The notes: generated by a model from the letters alone, not told the origin. A stretch of 64,000 bases of DNA from Thermodesulfobacteriota bacterium (GCA_965116735.1 OZ220712.1:3265680-3329679), one strand, 5' to 3'. Shown: positions 18,906-34,560, numbered from the stretch's first letter. Numbers and translations: made by a program.

Positions 18906-21900
18906 GGGGGTCGGAGGGCCGCCAAGCGGGTTTTCGGAGAAAGCCTCCAGGGGCGTGGCGGCGCCGACGCGAAACAATCGCCGGGCCACCGCCTTGAAGT
19001 CGTCCAGCATGGCGTAGAGGCAGGGCGTGAGCATCAGCGTCAGGATGGTGGCGAAGGACAGGCCCCATACCACCGAGATGGCCATGGGCGAAAGGAACTT
19101 GGCTTGGCCGGTGGCGAAGAAGGCCAGCGGGACGAGGCCGCCCACGGTGGTGACGGTGGTGAGCATGACGGGCCTGAGGCGCATGACGCCGGACTGGATG
19201 ATGGAGTCGTAGGCCGACGTGCCGCGTCGCCGGCTGCGGTTGATGAAGTCCACCAGGATGAGGGAATCGTTGACCACGACCCCCGCCAGGGCGACGAAAC
19301 CCAGGAGGGACAGGAAGCTCAGGTTCTCGCCCATGATCAGGTGGCCGATCACGATGCCGCCGAAGGAGAAGGGAATCGCGGCCATGACGATGAACGGTTG
19401 CACGAACGATTTGAACAGGGAGCCCAGCACGAAGTAGATGACGAACAACGTGATCAGGGAGATCTGCGGCAGGGCGGCCAGGGACTCCTCCATCTCCTGC
19501 CGCTCGCCCTTCACCACCACCCGCTGCCCGGGGTAACGCCGGCCGACGTCGGCGAACTGCCGCTTCAGGGCGTTCGTGGCCTCCACCACCGTGGTTTTTT
19601 CCGCCTCCACCTCGGCGAAGACGCTCAGCGCCCGCTTGCGGTCGTCCCGGTTGATCTGGCTCGGGCTGATGCCGACGCCTATGTCTGCGATGTCACGCAG
19701 GAAGACCCGCTCGCCGGAGGGCAGCGTGAGCTTCATCCTCGACACGGTGTCGACGTGGCTGCGCCGGTCCCGGGGGAACCGCACGACGATGGGCACATCC
19801 TCGTCGCCGCGCTGGATGCTCGAGGCCTCCACCCCCTGGAAGCCCTGCTGCACTTGGCGCGCGATGCCCCTCACGTCGAGGCCCAGCGTGCGGCCTTCCG
19901 GCTTGAGGCTGATGCGCAGTTCCTCCTTGCCCGCGACGAGGTCGTCGCGGATGTCCCGTACCCCGGGCAGGGTGGCCAGGAAGCCCTTGACCTCCTCGGT
20001 CAGGCTCCTGAGGCTTGCGAGGTCCTCGCCGATGATCCGGGCCTCGATGTCCGGCCCTCCAGGCCCGGCCTGGAGACTGAGGAACTGGAGCTTGGTGATA
20101 CCCGGTATCCGCTCCAGCTTCCCGCGGAGATCATCGATGACCTCGCCGGACGACCGGCCGCGGTCGTCGTGAAGCTCCAGCGTGAGCTGTCCCACGTTGC
20201 TTCCCCTCACCACCCGGTTCACGTCGAGGAAGGCGACGCCGACGGTCGTGGACAGGGACTTCAGCTCACCGGGGGGCAGATCCAGCACGATCTGCTCGGC
20301 CTGGACGGCCACGGCCTCGGTGTCTTCCAGCTTGGCGTTGGCGGAAGTTTCGAAGTTCACGAAGAACTGGCTCGACTCGAACTCGCGAAAGAGCACGAAG
20401 GGCACCCGATACTGGGCCGCCGCGGCCAGCAGCACGCTGCCCGCCACGATCAGGGCCACCGCCACGTAACGCCAGCGGACCGCGACTCCCAGGAGCTGTT
20501 CATAGGCATGGCGAAAGCTGGTCAACCACAAGCGCTGGCCGCCCACGTGCAGGCGGCGGAGACCGGTCATCCGCTCGCGGCTGCGCAGCCGGGTGAACCA
20601 CAGACGCTCGCCGCGGCGGACCTTGTTGGCATAGGCGGGCGTGATGACGTCCGATAGATGCGACGGCAGGATGAACAGGACCTCCAGGAGCGAGAGCAGC
20701 AGCGCAAAGGTCACCACCCAGGGAAGCGGCTCCATGAAGAAGCCGATGGTTCCCGGGATCAACAGGAACGGGACGAAGGCGGCGACGGTGGTCAGCACCG
20801 TGGTGACCACCGGCCACGCCACCTCGTAGGTGCCCTGCAGGGCCGCTTCCTTGGGAGGCAGGCCCTGCTCGACGTAGCGGTAGACGTTTTCGGTGACGAT
20901 GACGGCGTCGTCCACCAGAAGGCCGAGCACCAGGATCAGGCCGAAGGCCGAGATCATGTTGAGGCTGAGACCGCTGATCGACATCAGGACCAGGCAACCC
21001 AGCACCGCGAACGGAATGCCGAGGGAGGTCATCAGGGCGATGCGGCCGCGGACGAAGACACAGAGGACCCCCAGGACGATGGTCAGGCCGATGGCGCCGC
21101 TCTCGCCCAGGGTGCTCAAACGGTTTCGGATGAACACCGAGAAGTCGTTGAAGATTCCGACGGAAACGGTGGCGGGCAAGGTCTTGCGGATTTCCGCGAC
21201 GGAGTCGCGCACGCGTTCCGCCACGCTGATGGTATCGCCGCTCAGCTCCTTGATGACCACGAGGTTGAGCGCCGGCTTGCCGTCGAAGCGCGCGAGGACC
21301 GTCGCGTCCTCGAAGGATTCGCGCACCTCGGCGACGTCCCCGACGGTAAGGGCATGTCCGGTGTCGGTGGAACGCAGGATCATGCGCTCCACGTCGGCGA
21401 CGCCGCCGGCCACGCCCAGCGTCCGCACCAGGATTTCTCCCCGGGCGGTCTTCAGCGCCCCGCCGGGCACGTTGCGGTTCTGGTTGCCGACGGCCGCGCG
21501 GATCTCGTCCAGGCTCAGCCGGTACTGGTCGAGCCGTTCCGGGTCGATCTCGATGAGGATGCGGCTTTCACGCGTGCCGAAGATCGACACGGCGCTGACG
21601 CCGTCGACGCGCCTGAGTTGATCACGCACATCCTTTGCGATCTCCCGCAGCTCCTGCTCCGGTATGTCGCCGCTCAACGAAACCGTGATCACCGGGATGG
21701 TGGAAAGGACCTCGGAGACCTGGGGCTCCTCCGCCTGCTCCGGCAAGTCCACGACCCGGTCCAGGGCGGCGCGCACGTCCCCCAGCGCGCGGCTCATCTC
21801 GGTGTCCGACTGCATCCGGAGGCGGATCTCGGATTGGCCCTCGCGAGAGCTGGAAAGCATCTCGTTCACGCCGTCGACGTTGCGGACCCGGTCCTCGATC

Positions 21901-22100
21901 CTCGCGGTGATGAGCTCCTCCACCTCCTCGGGTGACGCACCCGCGTAGACCGTATCGATGCGGATCACCCGTTGGGAGAAGTCGGGGAACAGCTCCCGCT
22001 TGAGCCGCAGGTAGGAAACCACCCCCGATATGATGATCAGGAGCACCAGCAGGTTGACGATGACGGGGTTGCCGATGGAGAACTCGATGATCTTCTTCAT
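18879..22100 (-). CDS. RND efflux permease (AcrB/HAE1 family)
   Basis: 1073 aa, 12-TM RND architecture; the C-terminal tail ...GGPPTPSPSGTAPE is encoded by a repeat copy. Confidence 0.85.
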   Translation of the reverse strand: MKKIIEFSIGNPVIVNLLVLLIIISGVVSYLRLKRELFPDFSQRVIRIDTVYAGASPEEVEELITARIEDRVRNVDGVNEMLSSSREGQSEIRLRMQSDTEMSRALGDVRAALDRVVDLPEQAEEPQVSEVLSTIPVITVSLSGDIPEQELREIAKDVRDQLRRVDGVSAVSIFGTRESRILIEIDPERLDQYRLSLDEIRAAVGNQNRNVPGGALKTARGEILVRTLGVAGGVADVERMILRSTDTGHALTVGDVAEVRESFEDATVLARFDGKPALNLVVIKELSGDTISVAERVRDSVAEIRKTLPATVSVGIFNDFSVFIRNRLSTLGESGAIGLTIVLGVLCVFVRGRIALMTSLGIPFAVLGCLVLMSISGLSLNMISAFGLILVLGLLVDDAVIVTENVYRYVEQGLPPKEAALQGTYEVAWPVVTTVLTTVAAFVPFLLIPGTIGFFMEPLPWVVTFALLLSLLEVLFILPSHLSDVITPAYANKVRRGERLWFTRLRSRERMTGLRRLHVGGQRLWLTSFRHAYEQLLGVAVRWRYVAVALIVAGSVLLAAAAQYRVPFVLFREFESSQFFVNFETSANAKLEDTEAVAVQAEQIVLDLPPGELKSLSTTVGVAFLDVNRVVRGSNVGQLTLELHDDRGRSSGEVIDDLRGKLERIPGITKLQFLSLQAGPGGPDIEARIIGEDLASLRSLTEEVKGFLATLPGVRDIRDDLVAGKEELRISLKPEGRTLGLDVRGIARQVQQGFQGVEASSIQRGDEDVPIVVRFPRDRRSHVDTVSRMKLTLPSGERVFLRDIADIGVGISPSQINRDDRKRALSVFAEVEAEKTTVVEATNALKRQFADVGRRYPGQRVVVKGERQEMEESLAALPQISLITLFVIYFVLGSLFKSFVQPFIVMAAIPFSFGGIVIGHLIMGENLSFLSLLGFVALAGVVVNDSLILVDFINRSRRRGTSAYDSIIQSGVMRLRPVMLTTVTTVGGLVPLAFFATGQAKFLSPMAISVVWGLSFATILTLMLTPCLYAMLDDFKAVARRLFRVGAATPLEAFSENPLGGPPTPSPSGTAPE

Positions 22101-23350
22101 GAGGACAGATCCCGGCGCGTGACCACGCGGATGCGGGCGCCGTCCACGAGCAGGCGCTGTCCGGCGGTGACGAGAAGCTCCCCGGGTTCAAGGCCCGCCG
22201 CGATCATGTAACGCGACCCGAAGCGCCTGGCGATGCGCACCGTGCGCCGCGCGGCCCGTCCCGAGTCGGGGTCGGCCACGAACACGGCCGCCTCGCCGTC
22301 CTCGAAGATGACGCTTTCCCGCGGTATCAGGATGGCGCCCGGATAGTCCCGCACCGGGATCACGGCGCGCGCGAACATTCCGGGAAGAAGCTTCCGGCCC
22401 GGAGTGTTGGAAAGGAAGATCTCCACCGGAAACGAGCGCGTCTCCCGGTCCGCCCGCGGGCCGATGTTGGCGACCCGCCCGGTAAATTCCTCCTCCAGCC
22501 CGCGCACGCGGACCTCGGCCAAGATCTCGGGGTCGAGCCGGTGGATGTCGCCGGCCGGAATGCGCACGTCGAGTTTCACGTTCTCGACGTCGGCCAGCCG
22601 GAAGAGCACCTGGCCCGGCGCGACGCGCTCCCCCAGCGTCACGTTCTTGCTCGCGATCACGCCGGCAAAAGGCGCGCGGATCTCGGTGTCCCTCAGGGTT
22701 TCCCGCGCCTGCTCTAGCTGGACGTCGGCCAGGGCCAGGTCCGCCCGGGCGATGGCGTGCAGCGCTTCGGTCTCCCGCTCCCCGCTCCGGGCCGACTCGA
22801 GCTCCTCCTCGATCCGCCGCCACGCCAACTCCTGCCGTTCCGCCTCCTGGCTGGAGACCAGCTCCTTCTTCAGGAGCTTGGTGAGGCGTTCGTGCTCCGC
22901 CCGCGCCAGCCGCAACTGCTCGCGGTTGAGCCGCACCAGCTTGCGCTGCCGCTCGATGTCCACCGCGGCCTTGCGCACCCGCGCCTTGGCGCTGGCCACC
23001 TGTGCCGCCGCCTTGCGCACGGCGATCTCGAAATCCGTGGAATCCACCCGCGCCAGCAGCGCCCCGGCCCGCACCACGCTGCCGAGGCCGATCTTTTCCG
23101 GAATCCCGACGATGCGCCCGCTGACCTCCGCGCCGACGGGACCCTCGCGTACCGCGGCAATGGTGCCCAATGCCTCGATCCGGTGCACGAAATCGGCGGC
23201 CGCCACCGCCGCCGCCTCCACCGGCACCGGCGCGGCCTGCACTTCGACCGGGGGCTTTTCCTCCACGTCGCTGATGACGTACACGCCCACCGCGGTCACC
23301 GCGCTTACCAGGAGGATAAGGAGGATCGAGACGGCGATGCGGATCTTCAT
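22097..23350 (-). CDS. RND efflux periplasmic adaptor (HlyD/AcrA family)
   Basis: 417 aa, N-terminal TM/signal then coiled-coil and beta-barrel regions; 4-bp overlap with the permease. Confidence 0.8.
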   Translation of the reverse strand: MKIRIAVSILLILLVSAVTAVGVYVISDVEEKPPVEVQAAPVPVEAAAVAAADFVHRIEALGTIAAVREGPVGAEVSGRIVGIPEKIGLGSVVRAGALLARVDSTDFEIAVRKAAAQVASAKARVRKAAVDIERQRKLVRLNREQLRLARAEHERLTKLLKKELVSSQEAERQELAWRRIEEELESARSGERETEALHAIARADLALADVQLEQARETLRDTEIRAPFAGVIASKNVTLGERVAPGQVLFRLADVENVKLDVRIPAGDIHRLDPEILAEVRVRGLEEEFTGRVANIGPRADRETRSFPVEIFLSNTPGRKLLPGMFARAVIPVRDYPGAILIPRESVIFEDGEAAVFVADPDSGRAARRTVRIARRFGSRYMIAAGLEPGELLVTAGQRLLVDGARIRVVTRRDLSS

Positions 23351-23946
23351 CCCAGGCTCCTCATGACCGACCGCGTGAGGGCTTCGGTCATCTCCTCAAG
23401 GTCAAAGGCCTGCTGGTCGTAAAGCCAATGCAGCGCCAACCCGTCGACGCACGCGAGGATGTGCTCGGCCGCGAGCCTGGGACGCTCGCATTGGAAGAAG
23501 CCGCCGGCAACGCCCGCCTCGACGACCATCGTCAGATCATCGATGGACGACTGGTACGCGTCCCGCAACTGCATGCGCAGACGACTCTGCTGCTCCGCCC
23601 GGCCGGCCTCGGCCCAGACGTCGCAGAAGACGTAGAAGAAGGGCTCCCACTGGCGGAAGCTGGCGAGAGCCGCGGCCAGAAAACGCCGGATGATCTCCGG
23701 CGGCTCCTCGATGCCGTGCAACTCCGCGGCGTAGTATTCCTTCAGCTTGGCCAGCATGTAGCCATGGAGCGACTGCAGGACCTGGTGCTTGCTCTCGAAG
23801 TACTCGTAGATGGTCCCCTTGCCGATCCCGGCGGCAACCGCGACTTCCTCCATCTTCGAACGATGGAACCCCTTCTGGGCGAAAACCGTCATGGCCGCCT
23901 CGAGTATCTCCGCGCGCTTGCGCTCCTTGTCGACAACGATGGGCAT
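23347..23946 (-). CDS. TetR family transcriptional regulator
   Basis: N-terminal HTH ILEAAMTVFAQKGFHRSKMEEVAVAAGIGKGTIYEYFESK; overlaps the adaptor gene start. Confidence 0.75.
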   Translation of the reverse strand: MPIVVDKERKRAEILEAAMTVFAQKGFHRSKMEEVAVAAGIGKGTIYEYFESKHQVLQSLHGYMLAKLKEYYAAELHGIEEPPEIIRRFLAAALASFRQWEPFFYVFCDVWAEAGRAEQQSRLRMQLRDAYQSSIDDLTMVVEAGVAGGFFQCERPRLAAEHILACVDGLALHWLYDQQAFDLEEMTEALTRSVMRSLG

Positions 23947-24062
23947 GTCCTGGAAAACTCGTAGCTTACAGGCACCCATTATCCTTGACCGGTCGGCCGG
24001 TCAATTAAAAACCTACACCCCTACACCTTGCGGGTCAACGAGTCAAGCACCGATTTCACGCT

Positions 24063-24896
24063 TTATTGGTCGTCGGCGACGTGTTCCGTTTCCGGCTCCT
24101 TGCGGTCCCCTTCGGGGATGATCAGGAGGCGGCGGAAGGCGCCTTGTCCGAGGCTCTTGGTGGTGAGCCAGGGATCGTCCTTGAGGGCGAGGTGGACGAC
24201 GCGGCGGTCGCGGGCGCTGAGGGCGTCGATGCCCTGGGTCTTGCGGCTGCGTTTGGCCTTCTCGCCCATGCGCAACGCCATGTCCTCCAGGGATCGGACA
24301 CGCCTTCCACGGTAGTCTTCGGCGTCGACGATGGGCTGCGGAACGCCGGCGCCGACCTTGTCGGCCACGATACGGCTCAGGATGTGCTGGAGCGACTCCA
24401 AGGTCTGACCCCTGCGGCCGATGAGGAGCGCGCTGTTGTCGCCCTGGACGTCCAGCACGAACTCCGCGGCGCTCGTGCCCGGCTTGACCACCACCTCGGC
24501 CTCCATGCCCATGAGCCGGAGGATCTCCGTCAGCACCTCGACGCTGACCTTCCGGACCTCCGCGGACCGCTCATCGGTCTCCGCCGGTTCTTCATCGGGC
24601 TCGCCGGCATCGTGCCGATCGTCGGCGGGCGCGGCTTCCACCGGCGCGGTCTCCGCCGGCTCGTCGGCGGGCGCGGCGACGGCCTCCGTGTCCCCGCTGT
24701 CCTCGTCCGGCGCGACCGCCACCGCCTCCCGGATGGTGGCCCGGACCCGCGCGTTCTGGCGGCCGAAGCCGAGCAGGCCCATCTTTTCCTCCGCCAGAAC
24801 GTCCAGCGAGACCTTGTCCCGCTCGACGCCCAACAGGTTCAGCGCCTTGGTGATGGCTTCGTCAAGGGTTTCTCCTTCGGTTTCGACTTGCTTCAT
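24063..24896 (-). CDS. jag: Jag/KhpB RNA-binding protein (KH + R3H domains)
   Basis: MKQVETEGETLDEAITKALNLLGV... N-terminus, acidic linker, C-terminal R3H; downstream of yidC. Confidence 0.75.
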   Translation of the reverse strand: MKQVETEGETLDEAITKALNLLGVERDKVSLDVLAEEKMGLLGFGRQNARVRATIREAVAVAPDEDSGDTEAVAAPADEPAETAPVEAAPADDRHDAGEPDEEPAETDERSAEVRKVSVEVLTEILRLMGMEAEVVVKPGTSAAEFVLDVQGDNSALLIGRRGQTLESLQHILSRIVADKVGAGVPQPIVDAEDYRGRRVRSLEDMALRMGEKAKRSRKTQGIDALSARDRRVVHLALKDDPWLTTKSLGQGAFRRLLIIPEGDRKEPETEHVADDQ

Positions 24897-24951
24897 CACA
24901 AACCTCTCCTCCACGGGGCGCGGCATCCCCGGCAGAGCCGGCCGCCGGCCC

Positions 24952-26583
24952 TCAGCGCTCCTTGCGGTTGATCATGTATTGCTGGACGATGCTCAGGAGA
25001 TTGTTCACGAACCAGTAGATCGTGAGTCCCGACGGGAAGCTCACGAAGATCACGGTGAAGATCAGCGGCATGAGCATCATCATGCGCCGCTGGTTGGCGT
25101 CGCCGATGGCCGGCGACATCCACTGCTGGATGAACATGCTCGCCCCCATGAGCAGCACCAGCACGGGAACGCCCACGTCGAAGCCGAAGGCCGAGAACGG
25201 CAGCGATTCCCAGTCCGGACGCGACAGGTCCTTGATCCACAGGAAGCTCGCGTGACGCAGCTCGATGGGGGTCAGCAGCGCGTTGTAGAAGCCGATGAAG
25301 AAGGGGAACTGGAGGAGCATGGGCAGACAGCTTCCAAACGGATTCACCTTGTTCCGCTTGTAGAGGTCCATCATCTCCTTGTTCAGCCGCTGCTTGTCTT
25401 CGCCGAACTTGTCCTTGAGGCGCTGCATCTGCGGCTGCAGCTTCTGCATGCGCTTCATGGAGACGAAGCTCTTGTGCGTCAACGGCCACAGCAGCAGCTT
25501 GATGATGATCGTCAGCAGGATGATGTCGAGGCCGTAGTTCCCGGTGTAGGTCTGAAAGAAATGCAGCGCCTGCAGCATCGGCATCGAGATGAAGGCGAAG
25601 TAGCCGAAGTCGATGGACTCCTCGAGGCCGCGGTCGAAGGACTCGAGCAGGCTGAGCACCTTGGGGCCCATGAAGAGCCGGTAGCGCGCGCTACGTTCCG
25701 TGCTCGACAGCACCCGGCCGCGGGTTTCCAACACGTAGCCCGGGTCGCGGCCGGCGCCGGGCACCACCGCCGCGTCCGCCTCGACGCCGTCGGCGGGGAT
25801 GAGCGCGGAGACGAAGTAGGTGTAGCCGAAGCCGGCCCAAGAAAGCGGCGCGTTGAGGTTGATGCGGGCCTCGATGTCGCCCGGCCACTCGCGGGTGATC
25901 TCCCCCTCCCTGAGCGCGATGAGTCCCTCGAAGATTCCGTCGCCCTTGACGCCCTTGGCCTCGCCGCCGGTGGTGAGAAGCAGGACGGCGCCCTGCGCCG
26001 ACCCGCCGATCGACACGGCCACCTCCACCGCGTAGCTGGAACCGTTGAACGTCAGCTCCTTGACCACCCGGCGGCCCGAAGGCGTCGAGCCGACGAAGGT
26101 GATCCTGCCGTCACCGCCCGCCTGGAGGTTCAGGTCCGTACCCTGGATCTCATAGACGATGCCTCGATCGGTGCCCGCGGGCGTATCGTCGAGGCGCAGG
26201 CCAAGGGGATACTCCATCCCCGGTCCGGGGGAGGCCATTTCGATCAACGGGCTGTCCGCGGCCACGCTCGCGCGGTACCGCTTCAGGCGGAAGCTCTTGA
26301 GCCGGGCCCCCTGGTTGGTGAAACGCGCGATGTAGTCGGGTGTCTCCACGGTCACGTCCCGCACCGGCACCACCGCGGCCGGCTTGACGGCCTCGGGAGC
26401 GGCAGCCGGGGAGGGCGCCGCGGGCCTGACCGCCGGCGGCGGCGGGGCGGGCTGCCTTTCGGGCTTGGCGGCCGTCTCCTTCGGCGGCGGCTCCAGGGGC
26501 GGATAGAAACGCCGCATGTACTCCTGGTAGAGGATGATGATGAGGATCGAGATGACGACCGCGATGAGGGCTCGCTTTTCCAT
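24952..26583 (-). CDS. yidC: membrane protein insertase YidC
   Basis: 543 aa, N-terminal TM, large periplasmic domain, conserved C-terminal 5-TM core (…NPFGSCLPMLLQFPFFIGFY…). Confidence 0.9.
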   Translation of the reverse strand: MEKRALIAVVISILIIILYQEYMRRFYPPLEPPPKETAAKPERQPAPPPPAVRPAAPSPAAAPEAVKPAAVVPVRDVTVETPDYIARFTNQGARLKSFRLKRYRASVAADSPLIEMASPGPGMEYPLGLRLDDTPAGTDRGIVYEIQGTDLNLQAGGDGRITFVGSTPSGRRVVKELTFNGSSYAVEVAVSIGGSAQGAVLLLTTGGEAKGVKGDGIFEGLIALREGEITREWPGDIEARINLNAPLSWAGFGYTYFVSALIPADGVEADAAVVPGAGRDPGYVLETRGRVLSSTERSARYRLFMGPKVLSLLESFDRGLEESIDFGYFAFISMPMLQALHFFQTYTGNYGLDIILLTIIIKLLLWPLTHKSFVSMKRMQKLQPQMQRLKDKFGEDKQRLNKEMMDLYKRNKVNPFGSCLPMLLQFPFFIGFYNALLTPIELRHASFLWIKDLSRPDWESLPFSAFGFDVGVPVLVLLMGASMFIQQWMSPAIGDANQRRMMMLMPLIFTVIFVSFPSGLTIYWFVNNLLSIVQQYMINRKER

Positions 26584-26589
26584 GGGTAC

Positions 26590-26811
26590 CTACGGGACCG
26601 GGTCGTACCCTCCGTCGGTGAGCGGATTGCAGCGCAGGAGCCGCCAGGCGCCGAGGCCGAGCCCCTTCAGGACGCCGTGGCGGTGAACCGCCTGCAACGC
26701 GTAGGCGGAACACGTCGGATAGTACCGGCAGGTGCGCGGAAACAGCGGCGAAACGAACCGCTGGTAGGCCCTGATGCAGATTCGCACGGCGGTGCGCGCA
26801 ACCGTGGTCAT
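26590..26811 (-). CDS. yidD: membrane protein insertion efficiency factor YidD
   Basis: 73 aa with conserved YQRFVSPL...[11 protein letters not shown] motif. Confidence 0.8.
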   Translation of the reverse strand: MTTVARTAVRICIRAYQRFVSPLFPRTCRYYPTCSAYALQAVHRHGVLKGLGLGAWRLLRCNPLTDGGYDPVP

Positions 26812-27161
26812 GGCTTGACTTTCGGGCCGATCACCTTGCGGAGTTCCCCTGTCATGGCCGAGTGACTCAGATCGCCCGCTCCCCTGCGGGCGATGATCAC
26901 CGTATCCTGGTCGGGGCGGAAATTGTCGCGCCCGCGACGAAAGAACTCGCGGAGCCTCCGCTTCACCCGGTTGCGCACCACCGCGTTCCCGACCTTGGAG
27001 CTGACCGTGACCCCGAGCCGTTTGCCCCGATGATCGTTGTCTCTGCGGATAATGATGAAGTGCGGGGTGTAGAGCTTCCTGCCCCTACGGGACAGCAACA
27101 GGAACTCGGAACGTCTCGTCAGGCGGGCTTCCCTGGGGAAACTCTCGCGCACACCGGACAA
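26808..27161 (-). CDS. rnpA: ribonuclease P protein component
   Basis: 117 aa basic protein, RnpA motif region [26 protein letters not shown]; 4-bp overlap with yidD. Confidence 0.85.
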   Translation of the reverse strand: MSGVRESFPREARLTRRSEFLLLSRRGRKLYTPHFIIIRRDNDHRGKRLGVTVSSKVGNAVVRNRVKRRLREFFRRGRDNFRPDQDTVIIARRGAGDLSHSAMTGELRKVIGPKVKP

Positions 27162-27171
27162 CGGCTGGTTC

Positions 27172-27333
27172 CTAGGTGCGAGGACCCTTCGGTGGGATGA
27201 CGACGGTCAACCGTTTCCTTCCCTTGGCCCTCCGCCGCTTCAGCACATTGCGACCGCCCGGGGTCTCCATTCGCGCGAAGAAACCGTGGGTTCTCTTTCG
27301 CCTAAGATTGCTCGGTTGATACGTCCGTTTCAT
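27172..27333 (-). CDS. rpmH: 50S ribosomal protein L34
   Basis: Not in ORF track (under 60 aa); minus-strand translation [53 protein letters not shown] is a canonical L34 with a short C-terminal extension. Confidence 0.8.
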   Translation of the reverse strand: MKRTYQPSNLRRKRTHGFFARMETPGGRNVLKRRRAKGRKRLTVVIPPKGPRT

Positions 27334-27532
27334 TTCCGCACCTTCATTCTTAAGTCACATCTTTCAAGCATACGCGGGGTGGCTTGTCAATTTGTCGAAG
27401 GCAACGCGCGAACCAGGAAAGGAAGGGCTCAAGTTTGGCCGACAAAGGCCGATGAAAGAATCAGGGCAGTTCCAAACAGCCCCGCTGGTCTGACGAGGAA
27501 AGCCACCGACCGGAAGAAACAGGAGCCGGCTG

Positions 27533-27760
27533 ATGTCCAGGGTTGACAAGTTGAAAGAAGAAGTCGGCTGGTTCAAGGTCGTTTTCGCCATCCTTTTGGC
27601 GGTGAATGTCTCCCTGGCCAGTTGGTTGGCACAGCATGGTGACAGTGCTACCATCCTAATGCGCATCATGTGCCTGCTGGCGGTGGTGGCGACTACAGGA
27701 GGGATCGTCTGGGTGTGGAAGATCGCGTACAGGAAAATCGACGAACTGGAGGAACTGTAA
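27533..27760 (+). CDS. small two-TM membrane protein (hypothetical)
   Basis: 75 aa, two hydrophobic helices; lower-GC segment between rpmH and gpsA. Confidence 0.4.
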   Translation: MSRVDKLKEEVGWFKVVFAILLAVNVSLASWLAQHGDSATILMRIMCLLAVVATTGGIVWVWKIAYRKIDELEEL

Positions 27761-27882
27761 TGAGTTGGTGGGGCGTAGCCGCTTTTGCAGTGATCTTCGC
27801 CGGCTTGGCCGTGGTCACGGTGGGTTCGGTGAGACACGCGAACAAGTCCTCGCGCGACAAGCCTTCCAAACCGGCAAGTTAG
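27760..27882 (+). CDS. small single-TM membrane protein (hypothetical)
   Basis: 40 aa MSWWGVAAFAVIFAGLAVVTVGSVRHANKSSRDKPSKPAS; TAATG stop-start overlap with the preceding ORF. Confidence 0.3.
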   Translation: MSWWGVAAFAVIFAGLAVVTVGSVRHANKSSRDKPSKPAS

Positions 27883-27951
27883 AGGCGTACCCCGGCGCCG
27901 CGGTGAGGCTCTCTGCGCCGGGCGGAGTTCTTCTCCCCTCGTTTCCTATCC

Positions 27952-28947
27952 TCAGTCGGCCTCCGCCCTCTGGGTGCGGCCCATGAGGTCGCGGACGGCC
28001 TGGATGGGGGCCTTGTCCTCGTAGAGAACGCGGTACATCTGCTCGACGATGGGCATCTCGACGCCGTAGCGCTGGGCCAGGAGATGCACGGTTCGGGTGT
28101 TGCGGACGCCCTCGGCGACCATCCGGGTCCCCGCGACGATGTCCGGGAGCCGGCGGCCCTGGCCGAGCTCGAAGCCGACCTTGCGGTTGCGGCTCAACTG
28201 GCCGGTGCAGGTGAGCACGAGATCGCCGAGCCCCGGGAGGCCGGCGAGGGTGACCGGATCGGCGCCCATCTTCACGGCCAGACGGGTCATTTCCGCGAGC
28301 CCTCGGGTAATGAGCGCGGCCCGGGCATTGTGCCCGAGCTCCAGCCCGTCGCTCACGCCCGCGGCGATGGCGATGACGTTCTTGATCACGCCGCCCATCT
28401 GGACACCCACCACGTCCGTTGACGAGTAGACCCGCAACTCGGGGGAGCCGAGGCTTTCCTGCACCTCGCGCGCCACCCCGGGATCGGCGCTCGCCACCGT
28501 GATGGCGGCCGGCCGCCCCTGCGCCACCTCCAGGGCGAAGGTCGGACCGGACAGAAACGCGTGCCGCCGCGGGTGGCCCAGGACCTCCGCCAGGACATCG
28601 CCCATGGTCATCAGGGTCGACTCCTCGATTCCCTTGGAACCGCAGACGACGATGGTCCCGGGCGTCACGAACGGCGCCGCCCCGGTCATGACCTCGCGCA
28701 GGAAATGGGATGGGGTCACGCAGATGAGCAGGTCCCGGCCGGAGGCCGCGTTTTCCAGGGAAGGGGTGACCTGGAGCCGGTCGGGGAGCTTGACGCCGGG
28801 CAGGTAGGTGGAGTTCTCGCCGCCCTCCCGGATCCGCGCGAGGGTCTCCGGGGAATGGCACCACAGGACGACGTCCTCGTGCCTCCTGCACAGCAGCACC
28901 GCCAGGGCCGTGCCCCAGCCGCCCGCGCCTATGATGCCGATGGACAT
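27952..28947 (-). CDS. gpsA: NAD(P)H-dependent glycerol-3-phosphate dehydrogenase
   Basis: MSIGIIGAGGWGTALA Rossmann start and GpsA-like core (GVIKNVIAIAAG). Confidence 0.85.
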   Translation of the reverse strand: MSIGIIGAGGWGTALAVLLCRRHEDVVLWCHSPETLARIREGGENSTYLPGVKLPDRLQVTPSLENAASGRDLLICVTPSHFLREVMTGAAPFVTPGTIVVCGSKGIEESTLMTMGDVLAEVLGHPRRHAFLSGPTFALEVAQGRPAAITVASADPGVAREVQESLGSPELRVYSSTDVVGVQMGGVIKNVIAIAAGVSDGLELGHNARAALITRGLAEMTRLAVKMGADPVTLAGLPGLGDLVLTCTGQLSRNRKVGFELGQGRRLPDIVAGTRMVAEGVRNTRTVHLLAQRYGVEMPIVEQMYRVLYEDKAPIQAVRDLMGRTQRAEAD

Positions 28948-28965
28948 TGCGGGCATCCGGAGAAA

Positions 28966-31434
<2,469 letters not shown>

Positions 31435-31479
31435 AGGAACGGACTGTCTGTTGTCGGAAAGGCGCGCCGACGCGCACGC

Positions 31480-31558
31480 GGGCGGGTTTGAAACCCGCCC
31501 CTACGATTCGCGGGCGGACCTTGCAGCCAGCCTGTAGGGGCGGGTTTCAAACCCGCCC
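31480..31558. repeat. two inverted copies of the REP-like palindrome
   Basis: Forward copy 31480-31504 and reverse copy 31534-31558 in the gyrA-gyrB gap. Confidence 0.8.
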
Positions 31559-31577
31559 GTGATCGCGGGACGGAACA

Positions 31578-34079
<2,502 letters not shown>

Positions 34080-34439
34080 TCATGGAGCGCATTCGGTAGA
34101 ACACCGTGCATGTCGAATAATAGCATTTAGCGGCCCTGAATGCCAACCGGGCGGGACCCGGGACGGGTGGTTGCAGGGTGGTGCGAGAAAGGCGCGAGGG
34201 GGGTACGAGGGGGGTGCGAGGGGGCTTTCGAGAGCTGTCGATTCATTCGACGCGAGGCGGTGCGGCGGCTTCCGGGTCAGGCCCCCGGGAGGCCGGAGGG
34301 CGGACCCAACGTCCTCCCGGGGGCCTGACCCGGAAGCCGCGAGGGTGGTGGGGAACCGGACAGTGTCGTTGCGGAAATCCCGCAAGGCGCGGGACGACGG
34401 CGCGGACAGAAGGCACGTGGAACACACGAGCCCCTCGCC

Positions 34440-34560
34440 CGGCTCCTTCCCCTCCCTCTCCCTCTGGGAGAGGGTCGGGGTGAGGGCTGTCCGAACCAAG
34501 CGCAAAGCCGGCCCGCCCTCACCCGGCCTTCGGCCACCCTCTCCCAAAGGGAGAGGGTTT
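34440..34560. repeat. dispersed hairpin repeat, two inverted copies
   Basis: ccctctccctctgggagagggtcggggtgagggc and gccctcacccggccttcggccaccctctcccaaagggagaggg downstream of the MFS gene. Confidence 0.75.

Noticed and set aside
24421-26865. 814-aa plus-strand ORF
   Set aside because: Antisense to jag/yidC; no motifs; GC artefact
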